From IMG/VR virus record IMGVR_UViG_3300046787_000200, positions 62,001-126,000 of that record: a stretch of DNA of 64,000 nucleotides; one strand, 5' to 3'. Under the pieces are notes generated by a model, which saw nothing but the letters and a program-made list of their open reading frames with translations, was not told the origin of the DNA and did no database searches. Shown one piece after another: positions 1-10,615 of the stretch; the first letter of the stretch is position 1; every line of letters starts with the position of its first letter. Position numbers and translations under genes: made by a program.

Positions 1-2
1 AA

Positions 3-563
3 ACCAATTCAGTATTTGACTATTGGAAACACTTTAAAAGTGTACATGTACAAACAAGTATTGATGCTGAAGGTAAAAGAGCAGAATATTGGAGAGACGG
101 TACTGTTTGGGAAGACATACTTACTAATATAAAACTTATTAAAGAAAGCAAAGTTCAATGGTCTATACATAGTGTAATCTCTTGGGCTAATGTTTATAGC
201 TATGTAGAATTAGTTAAAACATTATTACAAGAAAAATTATCACTCGGGTATAATTTTACCATATGGTGCTTAGATGAAAGCCATGAATTTAACTTACAAG
301 AATTACCTGACTTTAAAAAACAAGAAATAGCAAGTATGCTAGATACATTTATTGTAGAGTTAGAAGATGGTAAATTTGGTAGATATTTAGGTGAACCTGT
401 AATAAAAACAAATATAGAAAATATTAAAATGTTTATGTTTGCTAAATCAATACCTATAAATAAAGAAAAATTTGAAAAACATTTCATACTAGATGGTATA
501 AGAAATAAGGATTTCTTTGAGTACTTCCCCGAACATGAAAACATGAGAGAATATATACAATGA
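3..563 (+). CDS. Radical SAM protein, C-terminal part (5' truncated by window edge)
   Basis: Frame open from base 3 (TNSVFDYWKHFKSVHVQTSIDAEGKRAEYWRDG...), with the SID-x-G-x-RAEYWR motif of the downstream paralogues; same frame as ORF 336..563. Confidence 0.85.
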   Translation, partial: TNSVFDYWKHFKSVHVQTSIDAEGKRAEYWRDGTVWEDILTNIKLIKESKVQWSIHSVISWANVYSYVELVKTLLQEKLSLGYNFTIWCLDESHEFNLQELPDFKKQEIASMLDTFIVELEDGKFGRYLGEPVIKTNIENIKMFMFAKSIPINKEKFEKHFILDGIRNKDFFEYFPEHENMREYIQ

Positions 564-1738
564 GTAACACTCTATGCGTATTGCCCTGGATGCATTTAGC
601 CACACACCCAAACGGTGGTGCAAGTCTTTGTTGTCGCAGTAATCACACTGATGCAATTAGTTGGGCAAAGAAAACAGATAGTCACAATCTAGTTATGCTA
701 GATAATGATAGTGTTTCCGATATAATGAACAGCGACAAGTTTGTTGAAGTAAGGCAAGCTATGATTGATGGAAAACGTCCAATTGAATGTGAAGGATGTT
801 GGAGTGATGAAGATAAAGGCATTAAAAGCAAACGACAATATGAGAATGAGCGTTGGGCACACATTATCCCTAAACTTGAAAAATCAGCGAAACTACAAGA
901 CATTAATTTAATATATGTGGAACTACGTTTGGGTAATGTGTGCAACAATGCCTGCTTAACTTGTAACAGTTATAGCAGTACTAAGTGGTATCCAGATGAA
1001 AAGAAGATATCAAATGATTTACCTTGGTTTCAACTACGACCAATGGAAAACTTTAAGTGGTTTGAGAAAGAAGAATTCTACTATGACTTAGCAAACAAAA
1101 GTAAGTCTGTAGAAGAAATCTATATCAACGGTGGCGAACCTACAATGATTAAGGCTCACTTTGAATACTTAAAGCACTTGATTACATTGGGTACAGCACA
1201 GAATGTTCACTTAGTTTATAGTTTGAACATGATGGATATACCAGACAGATTGATTGAGTTGTGGAAAGATTTTAAACAAGTTACAGTTAATGCAAGCATT
1301 GATGATTTAGGTGAACGTAACTATTATATTCGATATCCAAGTAAGTGGGAAGAAACAGTTGCAAGTATAGATAAATTAAATAAACTATCTAATGTCAATT
1401 GGCATGTAACACAAACTGTTAGCATACTAAACATATATCATTTAGCAGAATTTGGACATTGGCTTGAGACAAACTACAACAAGACACCTCATCATAATTA
1501 TGTACTGTACCCTGATTATTTGAGCATTGCGGCATTGCCCGATTATTATAAAGAAGAATTACGTAGTCATTATTCAAATAGATTACATGAATGGCAACGT
1601 AAAGATTTGTTTAATAAATTGCATGAGCCTTACCAACCCGACTTGCTAAAGAAAGCAAAAGAGTTTATACTAGCAGTTGACAAAGCACGTGGATTAGATT
1701 ATAAAAACTATATACCGGAACTAAAAGACATACTATGA
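560..1738 (+). CDS. N-terminal twitch-domain radical SAM protein
   Basis: CVLPW...LCC...CEGC twitch cysteines; CNNACLTC (CX3CX2C); GGEP. Confidence 0.9.
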   Translation: MSNTLCVLPWMHLATHPNGGASLCCRSNHTDAISWAKKTDSHNLVMLDNDSVSDIMNSDKFVEVRQAMIDGKRPIECEGCWSDEDKGIKSKRQYENERWAHIIPKLEKSAKLQDINLIYVELRLGNVCNNACLTCNSYSSTKWYPDEKKISNDLPWFQLRPMENFKWFEKEEFYYDLANKSKSVEEIYINGGEPTMIKAHFEYLKHLITLGTAQNVHLVYSLNMMDIPDRLIELWKDFKQVTVNASIDDLGERNYYIRYPSKWEETVASIDKLNKLSNVNWHVTQTVSILNIYHLAEFGHWLETNYNKTPHHNYVLYPDYLSIAALPDYYKEELRSHYSNRLHEWQRKDLFNKLHEPYQPDLLKKAKEFILAVDKARGLDYKNYIPELKDIL

Positions 1739-3021
1739 TACCAATTATACCAGACAAAATTAAAGACTCATTCTGTTCAGCTAAGTGGCTGATGGCTACT
1801 ATGCACTTTGGTATGGGTGAAAATCATAGTTGCTATCACCCACCTATTCATCGCTGGAACTTAGAAGATGTAAAACGTGATCCTAGTATGCTACATAATA
1901 CACAGCATAAGATTGAACAACGCAGACAGATGATGAATGGCGAGAAGCCAAAAGAATGTTACTATTGCTTTGACATGGAAGCAATCAATCCAGATGTTAT
2001 TAGCGACCGTAAACGTTTCACTAACGAACACTATGCCATTGAACGTAGACAAGAATTGATTGACGCACCGTACAATAAACACGTTAATCCTAGCTATTTA
2101 GAGTTGAGTTTCAGTAATGTATGTAACTTTGGTTGCAGTTATTGCAGTCCAGGACAGTCTAGTAAGTGGGAGAATGAAGTACGTAAGTATGGTAGTTACC
2201 CAGTAGAAGATCCTACTGTACATGCTGATAAGATGCATGATATGCTTCCGGAAGATGATAACCCATACATTGATGCATTCTGGAAGTGGTTACCTGATGC
2301 ATACAAAGACTTGAAGTACTTGCGAATTACAGGTGGTGAGCCATTAGCCACACGTAACTTTATGAAGTTGCTAGACTTTGTTGCAACAAATCATAACCCT
2401 AATCTTACATTAGTTGTTAATACAAACTTGTGTGTACCAGATAAGAACTTAAACATGTTCTTTGAGAAGGCAACAACATTACTAAATGCTAAGACTATTA
2501 AGGGTTTAGAAGTGTATACTAGTATGGATACATGGGGACCTCAAGCAGAATACATACGTGATGGGTTAGATATTACACGTTGGGAAGCAACAGTACGCAA
2601 AGTTAGCACAACGTTTCATGTACCAATTCGTGTGATGGTTACATTCGGATTGATGAGTATCTTTAACTTTCAAACGTTTGCAGAAAAAGTTATTCAGATG
2701 CGCAGTGAAGGTATCGATATTATGTTTAATATTGCTAGACTAGTTGATCCTAAACAGTTTGACTTACGTATATTACCTGACTATTGTGATAAGTATTTTA
2801 CTAAGATGAATACGTTTATTGTTGATAACGGTCAAATTGCGAATGTAGAACGTGAAACATGGCAAATGGTTTATGACTTTTGGAAAGCACGACATGAAAC
2901 TATGACAACCGAAGACCGTGAATGGAGAAGAACTCAGTTTGCTAAATTTATTAGTGAGTATGATAAACGTAGGGATAAGAGTTTTGAAGAAAACTTTCCG
3001 GAGATATCAGGTTGGATTTAA
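1735..3021 (+). CDS. N-terminal twitch-domain radical SAM protein
   Basis: CSAKW...SCYHPP...CYYC; CNFGCSYC; GGEP. Confidence 0.9.
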   Translation: MIPIIPDKIKDSFCSAKWLMATMHFGMGENHSCYHPPIHRWNLEDVKRDPSMLHNTQHKIEQRRQMMNGEKPKECYYCFDMEAINPDVISDRKRFTNEHYAIERRQELIDAPYNKHVNPSYLELSFSNVCNFGCSYCSPGQSSKWENEVRKYGSYPVEDPTVHADKMHDMLPEDDNPYIDAFWKWLPDAYKDLKYLRITGGEPLATRNFMKLLDFVATNHNPNLTLVVNTNLCVPDKNLNMFFEKATTLLNAKTIKGLEVYTSMDTWGPQAEYIRDGLDITRWEATVRKVSTTFHVPIRVMVTFGLMSIFNFQTFAEKVIQMRSEGIDIMFNIARLVDPKQFDLRILPDYCDKYFTKMNTFIVDNGQIANVERETWQMVYDFWKARHETMTTEDREWRRTQFAKFISEYDKRRDKSFEENFPEISGWI

Positions 3022-4202
3022 GTAAATATAAAAATTGTAGAGCACATAAGCAATGGATTTTCATAAGCAATAATCCTAAACCTTATAGACCTTGTTGTTG
3101 GTTTCGTACGGATATCACGGCTGAATCATATGAGGAATATTACAGTAAACTAGAAACATTAGACATAGAAAAGAATTGTCAATACTGTATTAAAATGGAA
3201 GAACAGGATGGAGGAGAGTGGAGTCCTAGAACACTCTTTGAAAGCCAGACACCTGAAGATACTTTTGTAATTACAGCTAGTATCGATAATGTTTGTAACT
3301 TAAAATGTGTCACTTGTAATCCAATCAATAGTACTCAAATAGCAGCCGAGCTAGAACCAAAAGATATACATGCTAAATGGCTTAAAAAAAGATATCTAAA
3401 AGTGTCAAACCAATCAGCATCTAAAGTTGAGTTTATACAAGAAGCCGTGTCAACTAATAATTTTGATAATATCAAAGTAGAAATATTAGGTGGTGAGCCA
3501 TTAATTAATCCAAAAGTATTTGAATTATTAGATTGGTTAGCAGAACACCATACAGCAAGTAAAACCTCAGTTGCAATAACTAGTAATGGTACTACATACA
3601 CAGACAAACTACTAACATATATTGATAAATTTAAACGAGTGGGAGTTCAATTTAGTATTGATGGCACTGGAAAACATTTTGAATATTTACGATTCAATTC
3701 AGTAGAAGATACAATGAATGAAAACATCGATACGTTTTACAATAACGGATTACCTATCAGTTTTAATTTCACAATATCATGGATGAATATGCTGAATTTT
3801 GCAGACACATACAATTGGATGCAAAATAAATATCCAAAATTAAACACAATATTAATAACTAAATTAGAAAAACCTGATGGATATTGCGTAGAAGTATTAC
3901 CTAAATATGTTAGACAAGCAATATATGAATCAGAACTTAAACGGTTCGATAAACCTATAAATGACATATTTGCAAATTCAATAAATTTATACAAACAACA
4001 TACTACTATTGGCGGAACAGATGACTTTAACATGCCGATGTTATTGAACGGTGTTAGCAGTATGTTTGAGTTAGACATAAAACGTAAAGCAGATCACTAC
4101 CCAATATTCAAAAAAGAATATGATTTAATTATGAGCTATATGTCACCTGAACAAACACAGTTATTAACTGATACTATTTTAAAATATAGGAATTCACTGT
4201 GA
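3012..4202 (+). CDS. Radical SAM protein with short N-terminal twitch domain
   Basis: PYRPCCWF...CQYC; CNLKCVTC; GGEP; TTG start overlapping upstream gene. Confidence 0.88.
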   Translation: MDLSKYKNCRAHKQWIFISNNPKPYRPCCWFRTDITAESYEEYYSKLETLDIEKNCQYCIKMEEQDGGEWSPRTLFESQTPEDTFVITASIDNVCNLKCVTCNPINSTQIAAELEPKDIHAKWLKKRYLKVSNQSASKVEFIQEAVSTNNFDNIKVEILGGEPLINPKVFELLDWLAEHHTASKTSVAITSNGTTYTDKLLTYIDKFKRVGVQFSIDGTGKHFEYLRFNSVEDTMNENIDTFYNNGLPISFNFTISWMNMLNFADTYNWMQNKYPKLNTILITKLEKPDGYCVEVLPKYVRQAIYESELKRFDKPINDIFANSINLYKQHTTIGGTDDFNMPMLLNGVSSMFELDIKRKADHYPIFKKEYDLIMSYMSPEQTQLLTDTILKYRNSL

Positions 4203-4246
4203 ATGGTATACGGAACTAAATAAAAAGATCCCGTAATATTATCACA

Positions 4247-5536
4247 ATGTCTATATTAGAAAAAGCCTCTACCAGTAAAACCTTTTGCATATACCCATGG
4301 ATACATCAGTATGTAGGCCCTAAAGGTGACGTTAAACCATGTTGTTTATTCAACCCTAATAAAGATGGTATAGGTAGTCTTAAAGAAAATACGCTTAAAG
4401 AAATATGGAACAATGACGCAACAAAACAAATGCGTTTAGATATGCTTAACGGAGTCACCATAAAAGGCTGTGAAAAATGTGACAGTCGTGAGGGTATTAT
4501 TGCTGTTCACCGTGATGAAGCAAATAACAATTGGTACTATCAATCTAAAGATATATTAGAACAAACCAATGAAGATGGATCATTGCCCACACATCAATTA
4601 AAATATATTGATGCAAGATTCAATAATCTATGCAATTTTAGATGTAGAACATGTGGCCCTAGATTTAGCACATCATGGAATGAAGATTATCAAGCATTAC
4701 GATCTCCGAATTCGATGAATGAGTTTCCTAAAACACTTATTTTTCCCGGTAACACTAAAGATCAATTATTAGATGAGATATTAGAGCATTTACCTTATGT
4801 CAATCGTATCTACTTTGCAGGTGGTGAACCGCTCATGCAAGCAGAACACTATATAATGTTAGAAAAGCTATTAGAGTTAAAAAATGATGGTATAATTAAT
4901 AAGATGCCAATCATTGTTTATAGTACTAATTTCAGCACATTGCGATTGGGTAATAGATCAATTATTGATTTATGGAAACACTTCCCTACATTGATTCTCA
5001 ATTTAAGTATTGATGGTAGCTATGAACGTGCAGAATATTGGCGTAAAGGTACAGATTGGCAAGCAATTGTTGATAATTTAAAAGAAGTAAAAAACAATAT
5101 ATCACATGCTCAAATTAATATTAATTACACATTGTCATGGGTTAATGCATTTAATTTAACAGAATTGCATAAAGAATGGGTAACACTAGATTATATAAAT
5201 CCAAATAAAATAAATGTCAATTGTTTGGATGACCCGTCGTTTTATTCTTTGAAGTCTATTCCAACATGGAAGAAACAAAGTATTGAACAAAACTTTTTAC
5301 AGCATATTGAATGGTTAAAAAATAATAGACCTAATATGAATAGAAGAATCTATGATAAGACAATTAAGCAATTTACAGATGCAATTAGTTTTATGAATAG
5401 TTATGATTCTGGTAATGACTTTATTCATAAAAGAGAATTTAATGAAATGAATGGGCAATATGACAGAATACGTAACGAAGATTTTTTAAAGGTATTCACA
5501 GAACATATTGACATGCAACAATTTATACAAAAATAA
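4247..5536 (+). CDS. N-terminal twitch-domain radical SAM protein
   Basis: CIYPW...VKPCC...CEKC; CNFRCRTC; GGEP. Confidence 0.9.
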   Translation: MSILEKASTSKTFCIYPWIHQYVGPKGDVKPCCLFNPNKDGIGSLKENTLKEIWNNDATKQMRLDMLNGVTIKGCEKCDSREGIIAVHRDEANNNWYYQSKDILEQTNEDGSLPTHQLKYIDARFNNLCNFRCRTCGPRFSTSWNEDYQALRSPNSMNEFPKTLIFPGNTKDQLLDEILEHLPYVNRIYFAGGEPLMQAEHYIMLEKLLELKNDGIINKMPIIVYSTNFSTLRLGNRSIIDLWKHFPTLILNLSIDGSYERAEYWRKGTDWQAIVDNLKEVKNNISHAQININYTLSWVNAFNLTELHKEWVTLDYINPNKINVNCLDDPSFYSLKSIPTWKKQSIEQNFLQHIEWLKNNRPNMNRRIYDKTIKQFTDAISFMNSYDSGNDFIHKREFNEMNGQYDRIRNEDFLKVFTEHIDMQQFIQK

Positions 5537-5548
5537 CGAGAGACATTA

Positions 5549-6730
5549 ATGGATTTAACACCTTACAAAAATTGCCTAGCATTAAAAAATAGTATTTTTA
5601 TTGCCAACGAAGAAAAGCCATATCGCCCATGTTGTTGGTTTAAAACATATATAGATGCAACAGATGTTGATGACTATAAAAAACAGTTAAGTGAATTAGA
5701 TTTGGAATACAACTGTGATTATTGTATTAAACAAGATCAAGGTGGGCAATATAGCTATAGACAAATGTTTGGTGATCCAAACGAGATGGTTATCACGGCT
5801 TCATTTGATAACATATGCAATTTAAAATGTGTCACTTGCACACCAAATAACAGTACACAAATCCTTGCAGAAAGATTTAAGTTTGATGAAAAAGTTGAAG
5901 CAGAATATGCTAGAAAGTATATCACTGAGGTAGTAGCTAAACAAGCACCTAAGAAAATCGACTTTATAAAAACAACACTAGCAAATGCTAGTTTTAACAG
6001 ATTGCGATTTGATATATTAGGTGGTGAACCATTGATTAACCCAGCCATCTTTGAATTTATGGATTGGTTATCAGATCAACCTTATGCACATAAAACAACA
6101 GTGGCGATTACTACTAATGGAACCACTTACACCGACAAGCTAATTAAGTACCTTAATAAGTTTCAACGTGTGGGAGTGCAAACTAGTATAGATGGTATAG
6201 AAGAAGAATTTGAATATTTACGTTATGGATCATCATTTGAAAATTTAGAACAAGTATGTAATAAATTCTATGCATTGAAAAAACAATATTCTAATTTTGG
6301 TATGGGAACTCATTACACATTATCATGGATGAATTGTTTAAACTTTGCAGAATATTTTAATTGGTCACAAACTAACTACCCTGATATTGAAATTTATGTA
6401 AGTAAGTTACAAAGTCCTGATCATTATTCTATTGAATTATTGTCATTAGAAATGCGAACGCAAATATATAATGAAACAATGAGAAAGATACACACTCCTG
6501 TAAATGCATATTATGAGAAAGCTTTGTTCTTATATAAAGAACATATGTTATCTACAGCGTATGATGAATATAACGAAAAATTATTACAGCACGGCATGTC
6601 TACACTAAACGTTATTGATTATAGACGTAATGCCGATCATAGAAAGATAATTAAAAACTTTGTTAACTTTTTGTCATTAAATAAGAAAAATCCATGGTTC
6701 AACTATGTCATGGATAAAAACCCTAAATAA
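5549..6730 (+). CDS. Radical SAM protein, paralogue of 3012..4202
   Basis: PYRPCCWF...CDYC; CNLKCVTC; GGEPLINP. Confidence 0.88.
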   Translation: MDLTPYKNCLALKNSIFIANEEKPYRPCCWFKTYIDATDVDDYKKQLSELDLEYNCDYCIKQDQGGQYSYRQMFGDPNEMVITASFDNICNLKCVTCTPNNSTQILAERFKFDEKVEAEYARKYITEVVAKQAPKKIDFIKTTLANASFNRLRFDILGGEPLINPAIFEFMDWLSDQPYAHKTTVAITTNGTTYTDKLIKYLNKFQRVGVQTSIDGIEEEFEYLRYGSSFENLEQVCNKFYALKKQYSNFGMGTHYTLSWMNCLNFAEYFNWSQTNYPDIEIYVSKLQSPDHYSIELLSLEMRTQIYNETMRKIHTPVNAYYEKALFLYKEHMLSTAYDEYNEKLLQHGMSTLNVIDYRRNADHRKIIKNFVNFLSLNKKNPWFNYVMDKNPK

Positions 6731-6739
6731 GAAACGAAT

Positions 6740-8056
6740 ATGATAGATAAAAAAATTGAAGATTTATCACCACATTTTTGCAGTGTGCCGTGGCTGCAAA
6801 TACACACTGAACCCAACGGGAAGGTATTTCCCTGTTGCTATTATAGCTTTGATGCAAAGCATGATTTGGGTAATTGGAATAAAGAAAAGCTATCTGACAT
6901 TTTCAATAGTACTAAATGGAATCAACTACGCAAAGATTTCTTAGATGGTAAGAAACCAGACCAATGCACACGTTGTTGGAAAGAAGAAGATTCAGGTTCA
7001 ACTAGTATGCGTCAACGTTTCAATGAAAGATATAGCGATTTCCCTGACTATACAAATCAGAATGGTTACAATAAACTAAAAGATATTATTACATATACCA
7101 ATGATGATGGGTCAGTCGGTGATATAAAATTGGCAACGATTGATTTAATCTTTAACAACTTGTGTAATCTCAAGTGCAGAACATGTGGTCCTGGATTAAG
7201 TACTGGTTGGATCCCTGACCAGATTAAACTAGGTAGATATCAGATTAACCCTACATCATTGATAACAAATGACGGTGTGTTGCATATGCAAGAGGATTTG
7301 GATTATCTGATTGATATGATAGATCCATACACAGAAATACATTTTAGTGGTGGTGAGCCGATGATGCAAGAGGAACACTATCTATTCTTAAAGTTATTAG
7401 TTGAGAAGGGTAAAACTAAAACTAAAATAAGATATAATACTAACCTTACAGTTTATACACTTAAAGACTATAACGCATTTGAAATGTTAAAGCACTTTGA
7501 TAATGTTTTCATTGTGGGTAGTATTGATGCAATGGGTAGTGAAGGTGAATATATACGTAAAGGATTTGATTGGGAGTTAGCTAAAAAGTGGATAGAGACT
7601 GCCAAAGAATATCTACCTAAAGCAGATTATGGAATCAGTGCTGTGTTCAGTTTATTGAACTGTTATGGATCCGTTGACCTACATAGATATATGTGTGAAA
7701 GTGACACGTTCAAAAGACCTGACGGTAGACAATTTGGATTCTATTTAAATACATTACATGCTCCATCACAGTTAAGAACTAAAATATTACCACCTAGCGT
7801 AAAATTAGAAGTAACAGAAAAGATTAATAAGCATTTAGAGTGGTTAGCAGAAACACAAGAACGTGATTTCAACTATGATGTAACAGTAGCACATTGGAAA
7901 GATGCAATTCAGTTTATGAATAGTGAAGATGAGAGTAAGCAATTACCAAGATTTTATGCGGAAACTGAATTGCTAGATGACATTAGAAAAGAAAAATTTA
8001 GTGATGTGTTCCCTTATTTAGATTCAAAAATTAAAGAGTTTTTAGCAAATGAATAA
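6740..8056 (+). CDS. N-terminal twitch-domain radical SAM protein
   Basis: CSVPW...FPCC...CTRC; CNLKCRTC; GGEP. Confidence 0.9.
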   Translation: MIDKKIEDLSPHFCSVPWLQIHTEPNGKVFPCCYYSFDAKHDLGNWNKEKLSDIFNSTKWNQLRKDFLDGKKPDQCTRCWKEEDSGSTSMRQRFNERYSDFPDYTNQNGYNKLKDIITYTNDDGSVGDIKLATIDLIFNNLCNLKCRTCGPGLSTGWIPDQIKLGRYQINPTSLITNDGVLHMQEDLDYLIDMIDPYTEIHFSGGEPMMQEEHYLFLKLLVEKGKTKTKIRYNTNLTVYTLKDYNAFEMLKHFDNVFIVGSIDAMGSEGEYIRKGFDWELAKKWIETAKEYLPKADYGISAVFSLLNCYGSVDLHRYMCESDTFKRPDGRQFGFYLNTLHAPSQLRTKILPPSVKLEVTEKINKHLEWLAETQERDFNYDVTVAHWKDAIQFMNSEDESKQLPRFYAETELLDDIRKEKFSDVFPYLDSKIKEFLANE

Positions 8057-9362
8057 TAATTTTAATCCAGTCGAACTAGCAAAGAACAGTAAAACATTTT
8101 GTATTTTTCCATGGATACAACAATATGTTGGTCCACCCGGTGATGTTAAACCATGCTGTGTATATGACAACAAAGATGAGATAGGTAACTTAAAAGAAAA
8201 CACATTAGCAGAAATTTGGAACAACGATAAGACTAAACAGATGCGTTTGAATTTTCTGAATGGAATAGAAGAACCGGGATGTAGTATTTGCAACAGACGA
8301 GCAGAACTGGGTCATGCACATAAGAATGAATATAATAGAATATTCTTTGATTCTGATGCAGAAATTCAGAAAATAGTAGCAAGTACAAATATAGATGGAT
8401 CACTCGATGAACATAAACTTTACTATATTGATGTACGTTATAATAACTTATGTAACTTAAGTTGCCGTAGTTGTGCTCCGCACTTTAGTACTAGCTGGGT
8501 ATTGGATCATAGAAAGTTGTACAATATACAACATAAAAGAGATAAAGATGATGGATTTCAATTTCCGGGCAAGACTGAAGAACAAGCATTAGAAGAAATA
8601 TTACCGCATTTGGCTACTGCAAAGATGATTTATTTTGCAGGTGGAGAACCATTAATGCAAAAAGAACATTATGAAGTTCTTAATAAGTTGATAGAGTTGG
8701 GTAATACTGATTTAGAAATACGTTATAATACAAACTTCAGCAATCTTAAATTGAAAAAATATGATAACGTAATTGAATATTGGAAGAAGTTTTCTAATGT
8801 GCATGTATATGCTAGTTTAGACGGTAGTCATGCGAAAGGTGAATATTGGCGTAATGGTATAAATTGGGACCAAGTAGTAGAAAACCGTAAACAAATGATG
8901 AAAGAATGTCCGCATGTTAATTTTATGATTTCATATACATTGAGTTGGCCTAATGCATTGAACTTAGTAGAGTTCCACAGAGAATGGGCTGATTTGGGCT
9001 ATTTGAAACCAGAACACATGTTAGTAAACCCATTAGATACACCATCATATTATTGTTTGAAGAATATTCCTGATTGGAAGAAACGTGAAATAGAAGAAGC
9101 GTTGCAGAAAAACATAGCATGGTTGAAATCTTTTGGACAACCTTTTGGAATCATAAGTATGTATGAAACTGCAATTAAGTTTATGTGGGATGATACCGGA
9201 AAATATAGTTATGGTGTTGATGAAAGCTTGAAAGAGTTTAACAAAATAACTACAAAGTTAGATGATATACGCAATCAAAATTTCTATACAGTATATCCAG
9301 AACACATAAACATTAAAAATTATTTGACACAAAACAATTTAAATGTTGAGTTTAATTATTAA
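8049..9362 (+). CDS. N-terminal twitch-domain radical SAM protein, paralogue of 4247..5536
   Basis: SKTFCIFPW...VKPCC...CSIC; CNLSCRSC; GGEP. Confidence 0.9.
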   Translation: MNNNFNPVELAKNSKTFCIFPWIQQYVGPPGDVKPCCVYDNKDEIGNLKENTLAEIWNNDKTKQMRLNFLNGIEEPGCSICNRRAELGHAHKNEYNRIFFDSDAEIQKIVASTNIDGSLDEHKLYYIDVRYNNLCNLSCRSCAPHFSTSWVLDHRKLYNIQHKRDKDDGFQFPGKTEEQALEEILPHLATAKMIYFAGGEPLMQKEHYEVLNKLIELGNTDLEIRYNTNFSNLKLKKYDNVIEYWKKFSNVHVYASLDGSHAKGEYWRNGINWDQVVENRKQMMKECPHVNFMISYTLSWPNALNLVEFHREWADLGYLKPEHMLVNPLDTPSYYCLKNIPDWKKREIEEALQKNIAWLKSFGQPFGIISMYETAIKFMWDDTGKYSYGVDESLKEFNKITTKLDDIRNQNFYTVYPEHINIKNYLTQNNLNVEFNY

Positions 9363-10615
9363 TGGATGAAAAGAAGCTATTTAAAATAAGAGATGAGACT
9401 AGTCCAACTATGTGTTTGGCTAAGTTCCATGAGGCTAGTATTTGGGTTTACTCAGGTAAGATAGCCAGCTGTCACTACACTCCGTTCATACAAGTAGGTA
9501 ATACAGTAGATACATTCTACAATCCTACTGAAAAACGTGAACAACAAAAACGTATGCTTGCAGGAGAACAACCACCTGCATGTGATAGTTGCTGGCGTTA
9601 TGAGAACTTAGGATTGCGTAGTGATAGAACACGTAAGAGCTTGAGCTTCAAGGATCACTTATCAGCAGAAGATTATAAGAATCCTAACTATGTATTCAAA
9701 CCAAAAGCATTAGAGTTAGCTTTTCAAAATACATGTAACTTAGCATGTAGCTACTGTAGTCCACAATTCAGTACAAGCTGGATGAATGATATCAGAGTAA
9801 ATGGTGTTTATCAACAAATCGTTACAGATGATCGTAGACATTATCAAAAAGATATCAATGAAATCAATGAGATGATTGACCCTCCTGACATGACATTGTT
9901 CTGGGAATGGTTTGAAACTGTTGCAACTAGTTTAGAATCTATCCGTGTTTCGGGCGGAGAGCCACTAATGCATGAAGAAGTTTTTCGTGTGTTTGAGATG
10001 ATGACAGAGATGAACCCTAACATTGAATGCGTGATACACAGCAACCTCTGTCAAAAGCCAGTAGTTATGGATAGATTCTTTGATAAGATTAGTGGCTTAA
10101 CTAACTTGCGTATGAACATTAGTAATGAATCTGCAGGTGAAACAGCAGAATTTATACGTGAGGGTATGGTATATACTGAATGGTTAGAAAATATTGAACG
10201 ATTGGCTAATAGTACAGTAAGAGAATTTAGTGTAAGCACAACAGTTAGTGCAATTGCATTACAATCATTAGATCAAATGTATTTGGATATTATTGCTATT
10301 CGTAATCGTAGTAAAGTAAAGCCATATATATCTATCAATATGGTTGATAAGCCAGACTTTCAGGGCTTTGCTTGTTTAACTAGAAGTGAACGTGATTTCT
10401 ATATTGATAAATATACCAAGTTCTATGAATCAATTAACCATGAATTGTTACCAGTTGAACATGAACACTGTGCTAGATTGTTAAAGTTCTTAGATGAAGG
10501 GTTTGTTAAAGAAACACAACCTCAATTGCGTAAAGACAGTGATATCTTTTTTGAACAATATACTAAACGTAGAAACAAGCCAGACAATTTGGCAAAATAT
10601 ATAGGATTAAAATAA
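9362..10615 (+). CDS. N-terminal twitch-domain radical SAM protein
   Basis: CLAKF...SCHYTP...CDSC; CNLACSYC; GGEP. Confidence 0.88.
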   Translation: MDEKKLFKIRDETSPTMCLAKFHEASIWVYSGKIASCHYTPFIQVGNTVDTFYNPTEKREQQKRMLAGEQPPACDSCWRYENLGLRSDRTRKSLSFKDHLSAEDYKNPNYVFKPKALELAFQNTCNLACSYCSPQFSTSWMNDIRVNGVYQQIVTDDRRHYQKDINEINEMIDPPDMTLFWEWFETVATSLESIRVSGGEPLMHEEVFRVFEMMTEMNPNIECVIHSNLCQKPVVMDRFFDKISGLTNLRMNISNESAGETAEFIREGMVYTEWLENIERLANSTVREFSVSTTVSAIALQSLDQMYLDIIAIRNRSKVKPYISINMVDKPDFQGFACLTRSERDFYIDKYTKFYESINHELLPVEHEHCARLLKFLDEGFVKETQPQLRKDSDIFFEQYTKRRNKPDNLAKYIGLK